Made by a program: the position numbers and the translations under genes. Below, piece by piece: positions 1 to 10,101 of a DNA stretch of 64,000 nucleotides. Numbering within the stretch: the stretch's first letter is position 1; each line of letters starts with the position of its first letter. Origin of the DNA: Alphaproteobacteria bacterium (GTDB lineage: Bacteria; Pseudomonadota; Alphaproteobacteria; Bin95); assembly GCA_965205265.1 (NCBI GenBank), contig CBDBGH010000003.1:576001-640000 (forward strand), written 5' to 3'. The notes beneath the pieces were generated by a model that did no database searches, was not told where the DNA came from, and worked only from the letters and a program-made list of their open reading frames with translations.

Positions 1-882
1 CGGCGGCTCTCCTTCGGCAACACCGTCAAGAAGGCCGCCGATATCGAGGCCGCGCACAGGCTGGGCGTGGACCTGTTCGCCTTCGACAGCCGGGGCGAGC
101 TGCACAAACTGGCGGCGGCCGCGCCCGGCGCGCGCGTCTATTGCCGCATCGCCATGACGGGGGAGGGCGCGGACTGGCCGCTCGGGCGCAAGTTCGGCTG
201 CGAGGTCGATATGGCGCGCGACCTCATGCTGGAAGCGGGCCGGCTCGGCCTCGAGCCCCATGGCATCTCCTTCCACATCGGCTCGCAGCAGCGCGACGTG
301 CGCCAGTGGGACGTAGCCTTCGGCCAGACGGCGATGCTGTTCACCGCGCTCGACGAGGCGGGCGTGAAGCTCGGCATGGTGAATGTCGGCGGCGGCTTCC
401 CCGCCCGCACCCGCAAGGACGGGCCCGGCGCCGAAGCGCATATGGAGGCGCTGATGGCGGCCGCGCGCAGCCATTTCGGCAACCGGATGCCGAACCTGAT
501 CGTCGAGCCGGGCCGCGCGCTGGTGGGCGACGCCGGCCTGGTGCAGAGCGAGGTCGTGCTGATCTCCCGCAAGGGCTACCGGGACGAGGAACGCTGGGTC
601 TATCTCGATATCGGCAAGTTCGGCGGGCTGATCGAGACCATGGACGAGGCGATCCAGTACCGCATCACCACGGAGCGCGACGGCGCGGAATGCGGGCCGG
701 TCGTGCTGGCGGGGCCGACCTGCGACGAGGCCGATGTGCTCTACCAGCACAGCAATTACCGCCTGCCGCTGACCCTGGAGGTCGGCGACAGGGTGGCGAT
801 CGAGTCGGCGGGCGCCTACACCGCCTCCTACAGCTCGGTCAATTTCAACGGCCTGCCGCCGCTCGCGACCTACTGCATCTGA
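1..882 (+). CDS. Type III PLP-dependent ornithine/lysine decarboxylase (5' end outside window)
   Basis: Frame open from base 1 (RRLSFGNTVKK); motifs SFHIGSQ, NVGGGF, EPGR, GPTCD, GAYT. Confidence 0.9.
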   Translation, partial: RRLSFGNTVKKAADIEAAHRLGVDLFAFDSRGELHKLAAAAPGARVYCRIAMTGEGADWPLGRKFGCEVDMARDLMLEAGRLGLEPHGISFHIGSQQRDVRQWDVAFGQTAMLFTALDEAGVKLGMVNVGGGFPARTRKDGPGAEAHMEALMAAARSHFGNRMPNLIVEPGRALVGDAGLVQSEVVLISRKGYRDEERWVYLDIGKFGGLIETMDEAIQYRITTERDGAECGPVVLAGPTCDEADVLYQHSNYRLPLTLEVGDRVAIESAGAYTASYSSVNFNGLPPLATYCI

Positions 883-902
883 GCCGGAAAGGTCCCGACG
901 CA

Positions 903-932
903 TTGACAGCGCGCCTGCGGTCCCCAGATAAT
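903..932 (+). promoter_or_regulatory. Putative sigma70 promoter upstream of erpA
   Basis: TTGACA (903-908), 18 nt spacer, GATAAT (927-932), in the intergenic gap. Confidence 0.5.
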
Positions 933-959
933 CGGCGCCGGTTGGAGCATGGCGACACG

Positions 960-1292
960 ATGAGCGCAGGACTCAGCATTTCCGACAGGGCCGCCGAGCG
1001 GGTCTCGGTCCTGCTCGAACAACAGGACGGCGCGGACCTGATGCTGCGGGTCTCCGTGTCGGGCGGCGGCTGTTCCGGCTTCCAGTACGGCTTCGCCTTC
1101 GACGATGCGCGCAATGACGACGACCTCGTGTTCAGCCATGCCGGCGTCGATGTCGTGGTGGACGAGATGTCGCTGGAGCTGCTGGAAGGCGCGGAGATCG
1201 ATTTCGTCGAGGACCTGGCCGGCGCCGCCTTCCGGATCGACAACCCCAATGCGACGGCTTCCTGCGGCTGCGGCTCGTCCTTCGCCGTCTGA
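960..1292 (+). CDS. erpA: Iron-sulfur cluster insertion protein (HesB/IscA/ErpA family)
   Basis: GGGCSGFQY and C-terminal CGCGSSF; start reassigned to ATG 960. Confidence 0.9.
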   Translation: MSAGLSISDRAAERVSVLLEQQDGADLMLRVSVSGGGCSGFQYGFAFDDARNDDDLVFSHAGVDVVVDEMSLELLEGAEIDFVEDLAGAAFRIDNPNATASCGCGSSFAV

Positions 1293-2111
1293 ATGAAAAT
1301 CGCAAGCTGGAACGTCAACTCGATCAAGGCCCGCCTGCCCGCCGTGATCGAATGGCTGGAGACGGCCGCCCCGGACGTGCTGGCGCTGCAGGAGATCAAA
1401 TGCACCGCCGACGCCTTCCCGCACCTCGAGATCGAGGCGGCGGGATACCGGGCGGCGGTGCTCGGCCAGAAGACCTATAACGGCGTCGCGCTCATCTCGA
1501 AAACGGCGCCCGATTCGCTGCGGGAAGGCCTGCCGGGCGACGCCGGGGACGACCAGGCGCGCTATGTCGAGGCGGTGTTCGACGGGGTGCGCGTCGCCTC
1601 GATCTACCTGCCGAACGGCAACCCGGCCGGGAGCGACAAGTTCCCCTACAAGCTCGCCTGGATGGCGCGGTTGAAACGCCATGCGGCGCGCCTCTTGGCG
1701 GACGAGGTGCCGACGGTTCTCGGCGGGGATTTCAACGTCATCCCGGAACCGGAGGACTGCTACGACCCGGACGACTGGACGGGCGATGCGCTCTACCGGC
1801 CGGAGAGCCGCCGCGCCTTCCGCGAAATCCTCTATCTCGGCTGGGCGGACGCCTTCCGGTCGCTCCATGCGCGGCGGGGCGGCGCCTTCACCTTCTGGGA
1901 CTACCAGCGCGGCCGCTGGCAGCGGGGCGAGGGCATCCGCATCGACCATCTGCTGCTGTCGCCGGCGGCGCTGGACCGGCTGGAGGAATGCGATATCGAC
2001 ACCGTGCCGCGCAGCCGCCCCAAGGCCTCGGACCACACGCCCATCTGGTGCCGCCTCGTCCCCGCCCACGAGGCCGGGAACCTGTTCCACGCGCCCGGCG
2101 AAGACGGATAA
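1293..2111 (+). CDS. xth: Exodeoxyribonuclease III
   Basis: ASWNVNSI, LQEIK, GDFN, RIDH, SDH motifs. Confidence 0.93.
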   Translation: MKIASWNVNSIKARLPAVIEWLETAAPDVLALQEIKCTADAFPHLEIEAAGYRAAVLGQKTYNGVALISKTAPDSLREGLPGDAGDDQARYVEAVFDGVRVASIYLPNGNPAGSDKFPYKLAWMARLKRHAARLLADEVPTVLGGDFNVIPEPEDCYDPDDWTGDALYRPESRRAFREILYLGWADAFRSLHARRGGAFTFWDYQRGRWQRGEGIRIDHLLLSPAALDRLEECDIDTVPRSRPKASDHTPIWCRLVPAHEAGNLFHAPGEDG

Positions 2112-2120
2112 GGACCGCCC

Positions 2121-2825
2121 ATGGACTTCGCGAACAAGACGATCGTCGTGACCGGCGGCGCCTCCGGCATCGGGGCGGAAACGGTGGGGATGCTGCGCGC
2201 GGCAGGCGCCGAGGTGCTCGTGGTGGACCGGGACGCCTCCTCCGGCCTCGTCGGCGATGTGACCGATCCGGCGCTCGTGGCTCAGGCTATGGAGCGGTGC
2301 CCACGGCTCGACGGGCTGGTGACGGCTGCCGGCATTTCCGAGAGCGGCGTCGCCATCGAGGATATCGATCCCGAGGACTGGGACCGGGTCTTCGCCGTCA
2401 ATGTGAAGGCGACCTGGATGTGGCTCGCCGCGGCGGCGGGGCCGATGCGCGCGGCGGGCGGCGGCTCGGTCGTGGCCATTGCCTCGCAGCTCGCCTTCGC
2501 CGGCGGCTCCTTGAACGCGGCCTATATCGCCTCCAAGGGCGCCGTCGTTTCGCTGGTGCGCACCGCGGCGGTCGAGCTTGCCGGCGACGGCATCCGCGTC
2601 AACGCCGTCGCGCCGGGCGCCACCGAAACGCCGATGCTGAACCGCAGCATGTCGCGCCAGGCCGACCCCGACGCGGCCCGGGAACGCTCCCGCACCCGCC
2701 ACGCCATGGCCCGCTTCGGCAGGCCGAACGAGATCGCCGACGCGATCTGCTTCCTGCTCTCCGACCGCGCGAGCTTCATCACCGGCACGACGCTTCCCGT
2801 GGACGGCGGCTGGCTCGCCGCCTGA
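2121..2825 (+). CDS. SDR family oxidoreductase
   Basis: TGGASGIG, YxxxK (YIASK), NAVAPG. Confidence 0.9.
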   Translation: MDFANKTIVVTGGASGIGAETVGMLRAAGAEVLVVDRDASSGLVGDVTDPALVAQAMERCPRLDGLVTAAGISESGVAIEDIDPEDWDRVFAVNVKATWMWLAAAAGPMRAAGGGSVVAIASQLAFAGGSLNAAYIASKGAVVSLVRTAAVELAGDGIRVNAVAPGATETPMLNRSMSRQADPDAARERSRTRHAMARFGRPNEIADAICFLLSDRASFITGTTLPVDGGWLAA

Positions 2826-3443
2826 CTATCCGCCGGCCAGCCGCGCTTCCGCAGCGGCCAGGTCCTCCGGCGTGTTGATGTTGAAGAAGGGGTCGCCTTC
2901 GGGCGGGACCGGGAATTCGACATCGGCCATGCGGTGGCGCGCCGTCCAACGGTCCACCTTGCGGAGCCCTTCCCCGGCGAGCGCGTGGCGCAGGTCGTCG
3001 GCGAGGCGGACGGCCCAGAGCGCGAACACCGGGTGGCGCCGGCCGCCGGAGGTCGCGGTGACGATGTCGGCGTCCCCCGCTTCAGCCGCCAGGTCCCGGA
3101 CGAGCGTTTCGGGGAAGAAGGGCGCGTCGCAGGGGAAGCTTGCGACCCATCCGCAGCCGGCCCCGCGCGCCCAGAGCATGCCGGCGAGCACGCCCGCGAG
3201 CGGCCCGACGAAACCCGTGACGGGATCGGGCAGCACGGGCAGGCCGAGTTCCGCGAATTCCTCCGCCGGCGCATTGGCGTTGACGGCGAGGCAGGCAACC
3301 TGCGGACCGGCGCGCGCCGCCGCATGGGCGAGCAGCGGCCGGCCGTCGAGCAGCGCCATGCCCTTGAGGCCGCCGCCCATCCGCCGCCCGAGGCCGCCCG
3401 CGAGCAGCAGGCCGGCGCAGTCCCGCCGGGGATCGAGGGACAC
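2826..3443 (-). CDS. mobA: Molybdenum cofactor guanylyltransferase
   Basis: LLAGGLGRRMGG, GPLAG, PCDAPF, FNINTPEDL at the 3' end of a long ORF; GTG start inferred at 3443. Confidence 0.88.
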   Translation of the reverse strand: MSLDPRRDCAGLLLAGGLGRRMGGGLKGMALLDGRPLLAHAAARAGPQVACLAVNANAPAEEFAELGLPVLPDPVTGFVGPLAGVLAGMLWARGAGCGWVASFPCDAPFFPETLVRDLAAEAGDADIVTATSGGRRHPVFALWAVRLADDLRHALAGEGLRKVDRWTARHRMADVEFPVPPEGDPFFNINTPEDLAAAEARLAGG

Positions 3444-3448
3444 GGAGC

Positions 3449-4300
3449 TCAGGCGGCGTCGCCCGAGGCGACATCCGGGCTCGCGTCGAACACGAGGCGC
3501 TCGGTGCCGGAGAGCGCGATGAAGCGCTTGCCCTTGGCCCGCCCGACAAGCGTCAGCCCCGCCTGCCGGGCGAGCGACACGCCGGACGCCGTGAAGCCCG
3601 AGCGGGAAATCAGGATCGGCACGCCCATCTGCACCGTCTTGATGACCATCTCGCTGGTAAGCCGCCCGGTGGTGAAGAACAGCTTGCCGAGCGGCGAAAC
3701 ATCGTTGAGGCGCATATAGCCGGCGATCATGTCCACGGCGTTGTGCCGGCCCACATCCTCCAGATAGAGGATCGGCCTGTCGCCCTCGCAGAGCACGCAG
3801 CCATGGATGGCGCCCGCCGCCAGATAGAGGCTTGGCCGGCGCGCGATCTTGGCCGAGAGCGTGTAGATCCAGGAGGTGTAGAGCGGGTCGGCGGGCAGGT
3901 CCGCCGCCTCGAAGCTGTCCATCACATCGGCGAACACCGTGCCGACGGCGCAACCCGACGTGCGGACCCGGCGCTCCAGCCGGTGCTCGTAGTCGGTCTT
4001 GCGCGCCGTGCGCACGATCGCGGCTTCCAGCTCGTCGTCCACGTCGATGCCGGTGATCTCGTCGTCCGGGCGCAGCATGTTCTGGTTGGCGAGGAAGCCG
4101 ACGGCAAGCCAGTCCGCATGGTCGCCGACGGTCATCGCGGTCACGATCTCCTGGCTGTTCAGGTAGATGGTGAGCGGGCGCTCGACGACGACGCGCGTGC
4201 TGCGCTCCTGTCCTTCGTGGTCGATGCCGGTCACGGCTTCGGTCAGTCTCGGGTCGTCCGGGTCCGGCGCGACCAGGAACTCCTGCATGAACTCGCTCAT
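3449..4300 (-). CDS. fdhD: Formate dehydrogenase accessory sulfurtransferase
   Basis: TSGCAVG, EDVGRHNAVD, TTGRLTSEMV; GGAG RBS before ATG 4300. Confidence 0.92.
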   Translation of the reverse strand: MSEFMQEFLVAPDPDDPRLTEAVTGIDHEGQERSTRVVVERPLTIYLNSQEIVTAMTVGDHADWLAVGFLANQNMLRPDDEITGIDVDDELEAAIVRTARKTDYEHRLERRVRTSGCAVGTVFADVMDSFEAADLPADPLYTSWIYTLSAKIARRPSLYLAAGAIHGCVLCEGDRPILYLEDVGRHNAVDMIAGYMRLNDVSPLGKLFFTTGRLTSEMVIKTVQMGVPILISRSGFTASGVSLARQAGLTLVGRAKGKRFIALSGTERLVFDASPDVASGDAA

Positions 4301-4322
4301 GTTCTCCACTATGCTCCCGGCC

Positions 4323-5522
4323 ATGGAGAGGCTCAACGACTGTTTCGCGGCGGGCGACCGGCTGCTGACCGTCGGCGAGGCGGTCGAGTGGCTGAGGACG
4401 CGCCTCGGCCCGGCGGTCGGCCGGGAGCGGATTCCGCTGGCCAACGCGCGGGGCCGTATCCTGGCGGCGCCGCTGACGAGCCGGCTCGACGTGCCGGGTT
4501 ACGACAATGCCGCGGTGGACGGCTACGCCTTCGCGCATGGGCAGGCGCGCTACCGCATCGCCGGGCGGGCGGCGGCGGGGCGGCCCTTTCCGCATCCGCT
4601 CGGACCCGGCGAGGCGGCCCGCATCCTGACCGGCGCGCCGGTGCCGGAGGGCGCCGACACGGTGGCGATGCAGGAGGACTGCCGCCTCGACGGCGAGGTC
4701 GTGACGGTGCCGGCGGGCCTCAGGGCCGGTTCCAACTACCGCAGGGCCGGCGAGAACATCCGCCGGGGCGAGACGGTCTTCAAGGCCGGCCAGCGCCTCG
4801 GGCCGCTGCAACTGGGCGTCGCCGCCTCGCTCGGCGAGACCGCGCTTGAGGTTTTCCGGCCGCTGCGCATCGCGCTGTTCTCCACCGGCGACGAACTCGC
4901 GCTGCCGGGAGAGCCGCTGGCGCCGGGGCAACTCTACGACTCCAACCGCACGATGCTGCGCGCCTTCCTGGAGGCCGACGGCCTCGCCGTGACCGACCTC
5001 GGCATCCTTGCCGACGATGCGCCCTCGGTGAAGGCGGCGCTGGCGGAAGCGGCGGCCCGGCACGATGTGGTGATGACCTCGGCCGGCATCTCGACCGGCG
5101 ACGAGGACCATGTGGCGGCGGCCGTGCCGGAACTGCATTTCTGGCGGCTTGCGGTGAAGCCCGGCCGGCCGTTGGCGCTCGGCAGCATCGGAAGCGCAGC
5201 CTTCGTCGGCCTGCCGGGCAATCCGGTGGCTGCCGCCGCCTGCCTGCTGATGCTGGTGCGCCCGATGCTGGGCCTGCTCGGCGGGGCCGGCTGGGAAGCC
5301 CCGCCCTCGACGCCGGTGCCCGCCGGCTTCGCCATGAAGAAGAAGACCGGCCGGCGGGAATGGCTGCGCGTCCGCCTCGGCGCGGACGGCGCGGCCCGGA
5401 AGGCCGGCCCCGACGGCTCGGCGCTGCTCCGCGTCATGGCCGAGGCCGACGGCCTGCTCGACGTGCCCGAGGACGTGGCCGCCATCGCCCCCGGCGACCG
5501 CTTCGCGATGTTCCGGCTGTGA
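4323..5522 (+). CDS. moeA: Molybdopterin molybdotransferase
   Basis: DNAAVDGYA, ILTGAPVP, STGDEL, KPGRP, GLPGNP; start could also be ATG 4311. Confidence 0.92.
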   Translation: MERLNDCFAAGDRLLTVGEAVEWLRTRLGPAVGRERIPLANARGRILAAPLTSRLDVPGYDNAAVDGYAFAHGQARYRIAGRAAAGRPFPHPLGPGEAARILTGAPVPEGADTVAMQEDCRLDGEVVTVPAGLRAGSNYRRAGENIRRGETVFKAGQRLGPLQLGVAASLGETALEVFRPLRIALFSTGDELALPGEPLAPGQLYDSNRTMLRAFLEADGLAVTDLGILADDAPSVKAALAEAAARHDVVMTSAGISTGDEDHVAAAVPELHFWRLAVKPGRPLALGSIGSAAFVGLPGNPVAAAACLLMLVRPMLGLLGGAGWEAPPSTPVPAGFAMKKKTGRREWLRVRLGADGAARKAGPDGSALLRVMAEADGLLDVPEDVAAIAPGDRFAMFRL

Positions 5523-6139
5523 CGCCCCTCGCCGACGCGCCCATGCAGGTCCTGACCGTCGGCCATTCCAACCATGCGCCGGAAGCCTTCCTGGCGCTTC
5601 TGACCCGGCATGGCGTGACGGCGCTCGCCGATGTGCGCTCCGCGCCCCGGAGCCGTTTCAATCCGCACTTCAACCGCAACGCGCTCTCGGCCTCGCTCGC
5701 CGGCGAGGACATTGCCTATGTCTGGCTCGGACGCGAGCTCGGCGGGCGGCCGGACGACCCGGCCTGCTACGAGGACGGGACGGTCCGCTACGACCTTCTG
5801 GCGCACACGCCGCTCTACCGCGAGGGAATCGGGCGCGTTCTGCGCGGCGCGGCGGCGCATCGTCTGGCGCTGATGTGCGCGGAGAAGGACCCGCTCCATT
5901 GCCACCGGGCGCTGCTGGTCTCCCGCTCGCTCGAGGAACGCGGGCTGGAGATTGCGCATATCCTCGCCGACGGAAGCCTCGAACCGCATGAGAGCGTGAT
6001 GGACCGGCTGCTTGCCGCCCACTGCCCGGAAGAGGACCTGTTCTCGGAGCCGAAACCGCGCGCCGAACGGATCGAGGAAGCGGCCCGCACGCCGCCCCGC
6101 CGCCGCGCGACCGTTTCGGGGCATCTTCGAAAACGGTGA
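5519..6139 (+). CDS. DUF488 family protein
   Basis: TVGHSNH, DVRSAP.SRFNPHF, ELGGR, LMCAE, CHR; GTGA overlap with the moeA stop. Confidence 0.85.
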   Translation: MTPLADAPMQVLTVGHSNHAPEAFLALLTRHGVTALADVRSAPRSRFNPHFNRNALSASLAGEDIAYVWLGRELGGRPDDPACYEDGTVRYDLLAHTPLYREGIGRVLRGAAAHRLALMCAEKDPLHCHRALLVSRSLEERGLEIAHILADGSLEPHESVMDRLLAAHCPEEDLFSEPKPRAERIEEAARTPPRRRATVSGHLRKR

Positions 6140-6270
6140 CCGGCCCGCTCTCGAAGCCGTCTCGACCACGCTCGAAGGCAAGACCGAAAAACGGAAAAAC
6201 CCATCCCGAGTTCGCTGGCCTTCGTCGCATGGGTCTGCGCACGCCATCGGTGGATGGACCGCATACCACG
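6140..6270 (+). pseudogene. Degenerate IS4-family transposase C-terminus, left part (target of the composite transposon)
   Basis: Reads LEAVSTTLEGKTEKRKNP...GGWTAYH and continues after the TSD at 20698 as GKPGPVVM (one frameshift). Confidence 0.6.
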
Positions 6271-6355
6271 GTAAGCGATGCGGCAGGGGCACCTTCCGCT
6301 CGGTCTCGGGATTTGAGACTCCGCTACGTTCGGGAGGACGTAGAGGAGTTTCTCC

Positions 6356-6745
6356 ATGGAGCGCACTGCGGAGTTTCTCAGCCCGGTCGAGGTGATCGGT
6401 GGAGTGAAGGGTCGCCGTCGCTGGCCGGAAGAGTTGAAGGCGCGGATTGTAGCGGAGACGCTTGAGCCTGGCGCGAGGGTGGCCTCGGTAGCACGGCGTT
6501 ACGATCTTCGCCCAAGCCATCTGTCGGACTGGCGTCGCAAGGCGCGGGAGGGTCGCCTGGTTTTGCCTGCAGCGGACGAGGCAGTGGAGTTTGCGCCGCT
6601 GGTGGTCCGGGCTGAAGGGCACGGCGCCGAGGCGAACGGTGGGTGTCTGGAAGTGGTTCTGGACCGGGTTACGGTCCGTCTGGATGCGGCGGTGCCGGCG
6701 GGCCGGCTGGCGGAGATCGTGTCTGCGCTGAATGCGCTGTCATGA
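6356..6745 (+). CDS. tnpA: IS66 TnpA (HTH accessory protein)
   Basis: RRRWPEELKARIVAE...VARRY. Confidence 0.9.
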   Translation: MERTAEFLSPVEVIGGVKGRRRWPEELKARIVAETLEPGARVASVARRYDLRPSHLSDWRRKAREGRLVLPAADEAVEFAPLVVRAEGHGAEANGGCLEVVLDRVTVRLDAAVPAGRLAEIVSALNALS

Positions 6746-7095
6746 TCTTCCCGTCGAACCGGGTGCGGATCGTTGTCGCAACGAAGCCCGTCGACTTCCG
6801 CCGCCAGCACGACGGCCTTGTCGCGCATGTGAAGGGCGCGCTGCGGCGGGACCCGTTCACCGGCACGGTATACGTCTTTCGATCGAGGCGAGCTGACAGG
6901 CTGAAGCTGGTCTTCTGGGACGGGACCGGGCTGGTGCTGATCTACAAGCGTCTGGAGGACCAGGGCTTTGTATGGCCGGCGATCCGCGACGGGGTGATGT
7001 CGCTGAGCCATGCGCAGTTCGAGGCCTTGTTCGCGGGCCTGGACTGGCGTCGCGTGCGGGCGCTGTCGGCGCGGCGCCCGGCTGAGGCGGAGTGA
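6742..7095 (+). CDS. tnpB: IS66 TnpB accessory protein
   Basis: PVDFR..HDGL, FRSRRADRLKL..WDGTG; ATGA overlap with tnpA. Confidence 0.92.
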   Translation: MIFPSNRVRIVVATKPVDFRRQHDGLVAHVKGALRRDPFTGTVYVFRSRRADRLKLVFWDGTGLVLIYKRLEDQGFVWPAIRDGVMSLSHAQFEALFAGLDWRRVRALSARRPAEAE

Positions 7096-7150
7096 CTCAG
7101 CCGGTGGATCGGGGCGTCCGGCTCCGCGACACTGTGCTACCAAGCGAGCC

Positions 7151-8752
7151 ATGGCTGCGCTTGCGGAGATCGACCTTGAAACGCTGACACCCGAACAGCG
7201 GGAAGCGGCGGTGCAGGCGATCATGGCGCTGGAGACGCTTCGCACCGAGAACGAGGTGTTGACGGACCGCAATGAGGCGCAGTCCGAGCGCATCCGCCGT
7301 CTCGAACACCTGGTGCGCGAGCTGCAGCGCGTTATCTACGGGAAAAGGTCGGAGAAGCTGACGGCGGACGAGCGCCAGCTGGCGTTCGAGGACCTTGTTG
7401 CGGCGGCGGAAGAGATCGAGGAAGCGATCACGCCGGCCGATCCGGCGCCGGCCCAATCGCCGAAGCGTCCTCGCCCGGCGCGCAATCTCGGCCATTTGCC
7501 GGACCACCTGGAGCGGATCGAGCAGGTGATCGAGCCGGAGAGCACGCTCTGCCCCTGCGGCTGCGGGGAAATGGCGAAGATCGGCGAGGATCGCACGGAG
7601 CGCCTGGACATCGTGCCGGCGCAGTTGCGGGTGATCGTCACGGTGCGCCCGAAATACGCCTGCCGCCGGTGTGAGGAAGGCGTGACCCAGGCGCCGGCGC
7701 CGGCCCGGCTGATCGAAGGGGCGCTGCCGACCGAAGGCGCTATCGCGCATGTGCTGGTCTCGAAATACGCCGATCATTGTCCGTTGCACCGTCAGACGCA
7801 GATCTATGCCCGCTCAGGCCTCGATCTGGACCGCTCGACGCTGGCCGGCTGGGTCGGCAAGGCCTCGTTCCACCTCAGGCCGGTGGTTGACCGCCTGGCA
7901 CGGCACCTGAAACGGTCGTCCAAGCTCTTCATGGATGAGACGCGGGCGCCGGTGCTCGATCCGGGCCGCGGCAGGACGAAGACCGGCTGGTTATGGGCGC
8001 TGGCCCGCGACGACCGTTCCTGGGGCGGGCCCGATCCACCGGGCGTCGTCTACTTCTACGCCCCCGGGCGCGGCGGCGAACATGCGGAGCGCTTCCTTGA
8101 TGGCTTCGACGGCATCCTGCAGGTCGATGGCTATGCCGGCTACAGCCGGCTGGCCGGACCGAGCCGCAAGGGCGGCGCGCCGCTGCGGCTGGCCTACTGT
8201 TGGGCCCATTGTCGGCGCCGGCTTCGCGAAATCCACGACAGCAGCGGCTCGGAAATCGCAGCCGAGGGCTTACGCCGGATCGCCGAACTCTACGCCATCG
8301 AGGCCGATATACGCGGCAGCCCGCCGGAGCTGCGCCTCGCCGAACGGCAAACGCGCTCCGCGCCCCTGGTCGAGGCCTTCGGCGAATGGCTGACGCAGCA
8401 GCGCGTCCGCGTCTCGCCCAAGTCCCGGCTCGGCGAAAAGCTCGCCTATATCGCCCGTCATTGGGACGGCCTCCGGATCTTCCTCGACGACGGCCGCGTC
8501 GAAATGGATAGCAATGCCGTCGAAAACAGCCTGCGGCCCGTGGTCCTTACACGGAAAAACGCCTTGTTCGCCGGTCACGACGACGGCGCCGCCGCCTGGG
8601 GACGCATAGCATCCCTCATCCAGACGGCGAAGTTGAACGAGGTCGAGCCACACGCCTGGCTCAAGGCCACACTCGAAGCCATCGCAGCCGGTCATCCCAA
8701 TGACCGCCTCGATGAACTGCTTCCCTGGAACTTCAAGCCGTCGTCAAGCTGA
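7151..8752 (+). CDS. tnpC: IS66 DDE transposase
   Basis: CPCGCG zinc finger, KYADH.PL.RQ, MDET, QVDGY, CWAH.RR, DSN.VEN. Confidence 0.95.
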   Translation: MAALAEIDLETLTPEQREAAVQAIMALETLRTENEVLTDRNEAQSERIRRLEHLVRELQRVIYGKRSEKLTADERQLAFEDLVAAAEEIEEAITPADPAPAQSPKRPRPARNLGHLPDHLERIEQVIEPESTLCPCGCGEMAKIGEDRTERLDIVPAQLRVIVTVRPKYACRRCEEGVTQAPAPARLIEGALPTEGAIAHVLVSKYADHCPLHRQTQIYARSGLDLDRSTLAGWVGKASFHLRPVVDRLARHLKRSSKLFMDETRAPVLDPGRGRTKTGWLWALARDDRSWGGPDPPGVVYFYAPGRGGEHAERFLDGFDGILQVDGYAGYSRLAGPSRKGGAPLRLAYCWAHCRRRLREIHDSSGSEIAAEGLRRIAELYAIEADIRGSPPELRLAERQTRSAPLVEAFGEWLTQQRVRVSPKSRLGEKLAYIARHWDGLRIFLDDGRVEMDSNAVENSLRPVVLTRKNALFAGHDDGAAAWGRIASLIQTAKLNEVEPHAWLKATLEAIAAGHPNDRLDELLPWNFKPSSS

Positions 8753-8897
8753 AAGCCGGCTGCCTCGCCCGCACCGCATACCATGAAATGAAATTGACCA
8801 CTAAATGAACAAGGTGTAATGCGGTGACTTTCGACCGTCTGGGATTCACGGTATTGCACCCCTTGGTACAGTACCTGACATCTAGGCCGGCGATAAC

Positions 8898-10019
8898 CTA
8901 GTGTCCTGATTCTGAAGTTTTGATGATTTTCATCTGGCGTTCGGCAGTTTCCAGCGTCCGCAGACAGAAGCGCTTGATGGTGGCAAGGATGTCGTCGGCG
9001 GATTTGGTCCAGCGGAAGGGTCGCGGGTCGGCGTTGACGGTGTCGATGTAGTTCCGGATGGCCTGCTCGAGTTCCTGGGGCGAGCGATGAACCCCGCGCC
9101 TGAGCTGTTTCTCGGTCAAGAGTGCGAAGAAGCGCTCGACCTGGTTGAGCCAGGAGGCGCCGGTGGGCGTGAAGTGGACATGCCAGCGGGGATGCCGGGC
9201 CAGCCAACGCCGGACGGCGGGCGTCTTGTGGGTTGCGTAGTTGTCCATCACCAGATGGACGTCGAGTTCGCCGGGGACCTGGGCTTCGAGCGTGCGCAGG
9301 AACTTGAGGAACTCCCGGCTGCGGTGGCGCGGCAAGCACTGGCCGATGACCCGGCCGGTGGCGATGTCCAGCGCCGCGAACAGCGTGGTGGTGCCATGGC
9401 GCGTGTAGTCATGAGTACGCCGCTCGACCTGACCCGGCCGCATGGGAAGCAGCGGGCGGGAGCGGTCCAGAGCTTGGATCTGGCTCTTCTCATCGACGCA
9501 GAGCACCAGCGCGCGCTCGGGCGGGTCGAGATAGAGGCCGACAATGTCCCGCACCTTCTCCACAAACAGTGGGTCCGACGACAGCTTGAACGTCTCCGAG
9601 CGATGCGGCTGCAGGCCGAAAGCCTGCCAGATGCGATGGATCGTCGAGGGCGCATAGCCTGCAGCGCGCGCCATCGAGCGCAGGCTCCAATGCGTGCCGT
9701 CGGGGGGTGTTTCTTCCAGGGTGCGGGCAATGACCTCCGCAACCTCCTCGTCACCGATCTTGCGCGGAGCGCCCGGGCGCGGCTCGTCATAGAGCCCGTC
9801 AAGCCCGCGCTCGGCAAAACGCCGCCGCCATTTGCCGACCGTATTCGCATCCGCTCCCAAGCGCGCAACTATCGCCTTGTTCTCCAGACCCTCAGCAGCA
9901 GCCAGGACAATCCGAGCCCGACGCGCCAGTCCCTGCGCCGTCTTCCGACGCCGCGCCAAACCCTCCAACTCTCGTCGTTCTGCTGCCGACAAAGTAATCG
10001 CGACCGCTGCTCTCCCCAC
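8898..10019 (-). CDS. IS630 transposase
   Basis: [37 protein letters not shown]. Confidence 0.95.
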   Translation of the reverse strand: MGRAAVAITLSAAERRELEGLARRRKTAQGLARRARIVLAAAEGLENKAIVARLGADANTVGKWRRRFAERGLDGLYDEPRPGAPRKIGDEEVAEVIARTLEETPPDGTHWSLRSMARAAGYAPSTIHRIWQAFGLQPHRSETFKLSSDPLFVEKVRDIVGLYLDPPERALVLCVDEKSQIQALDRSRPLLPMRPGQVERRTHDYTRHGTTTLFAALDIATGRVIGQCLPRHRSREFLKFLRTLEAQVPGELDVHLVMDNYATHKTPAVRRWLARHPRWHVHFTPTGASWLNQVERFFALLTEKQLRRGVHRSPQELEQAIRNYIDTVNADPRPFRWTKSADDILATIKRFCLRTLETAERQMKIIKTSESGH

Positions 10020-10078
10020 CGGTCAGCCCTCCATCAAAACCGATAATCTTATTCTAATAAACTTCTCGATCAGGATAC
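8901..10078 (-). mobile_element. IS630-family element
   Basis: Imperfect 20-bp TIRs GTGTCCTGATTCTGAAGTTT and AAACTTCTCGATCAGGATAC; TA duplication (CTAG context) on both sides. Confidence 0.9.
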
Positions 10079-10101
10079 TAGCAAAGAAAGGTAGTGAACA
10101 G

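Larger units (their letters stand above)
6271..8781 (+). mobile_element. IS66-family element A, copy 1 (2511 bp)
   Basis: Ends GTAAGCGATGCGG and CCGCACCGCATAC; tnpA/tnpB/tnpC; same length and proteins as 21691-24201. Confidence 0.95.

Noticed and set aside
141-959. Long N-terminal extension of the erpA ORF (383 aa)
   Set aside because: Alternative-frame overlap with the decarboxylase; only the last 110 aa look like ErpA
870-5138. Long antisense or alternative-frame ORFs (610 aa, 770 aa and similar ones across the window)
   Set aside because: High-GC shadow ORFs of recognisable genes; only the mobA part of the 770-aa ORF is real
6742-7095. TnpB as an RNA-guided nuclease
   Set aside because: IS66 TnpB is a 117-aa accessory protein unrelated to IS200/605 TnpB
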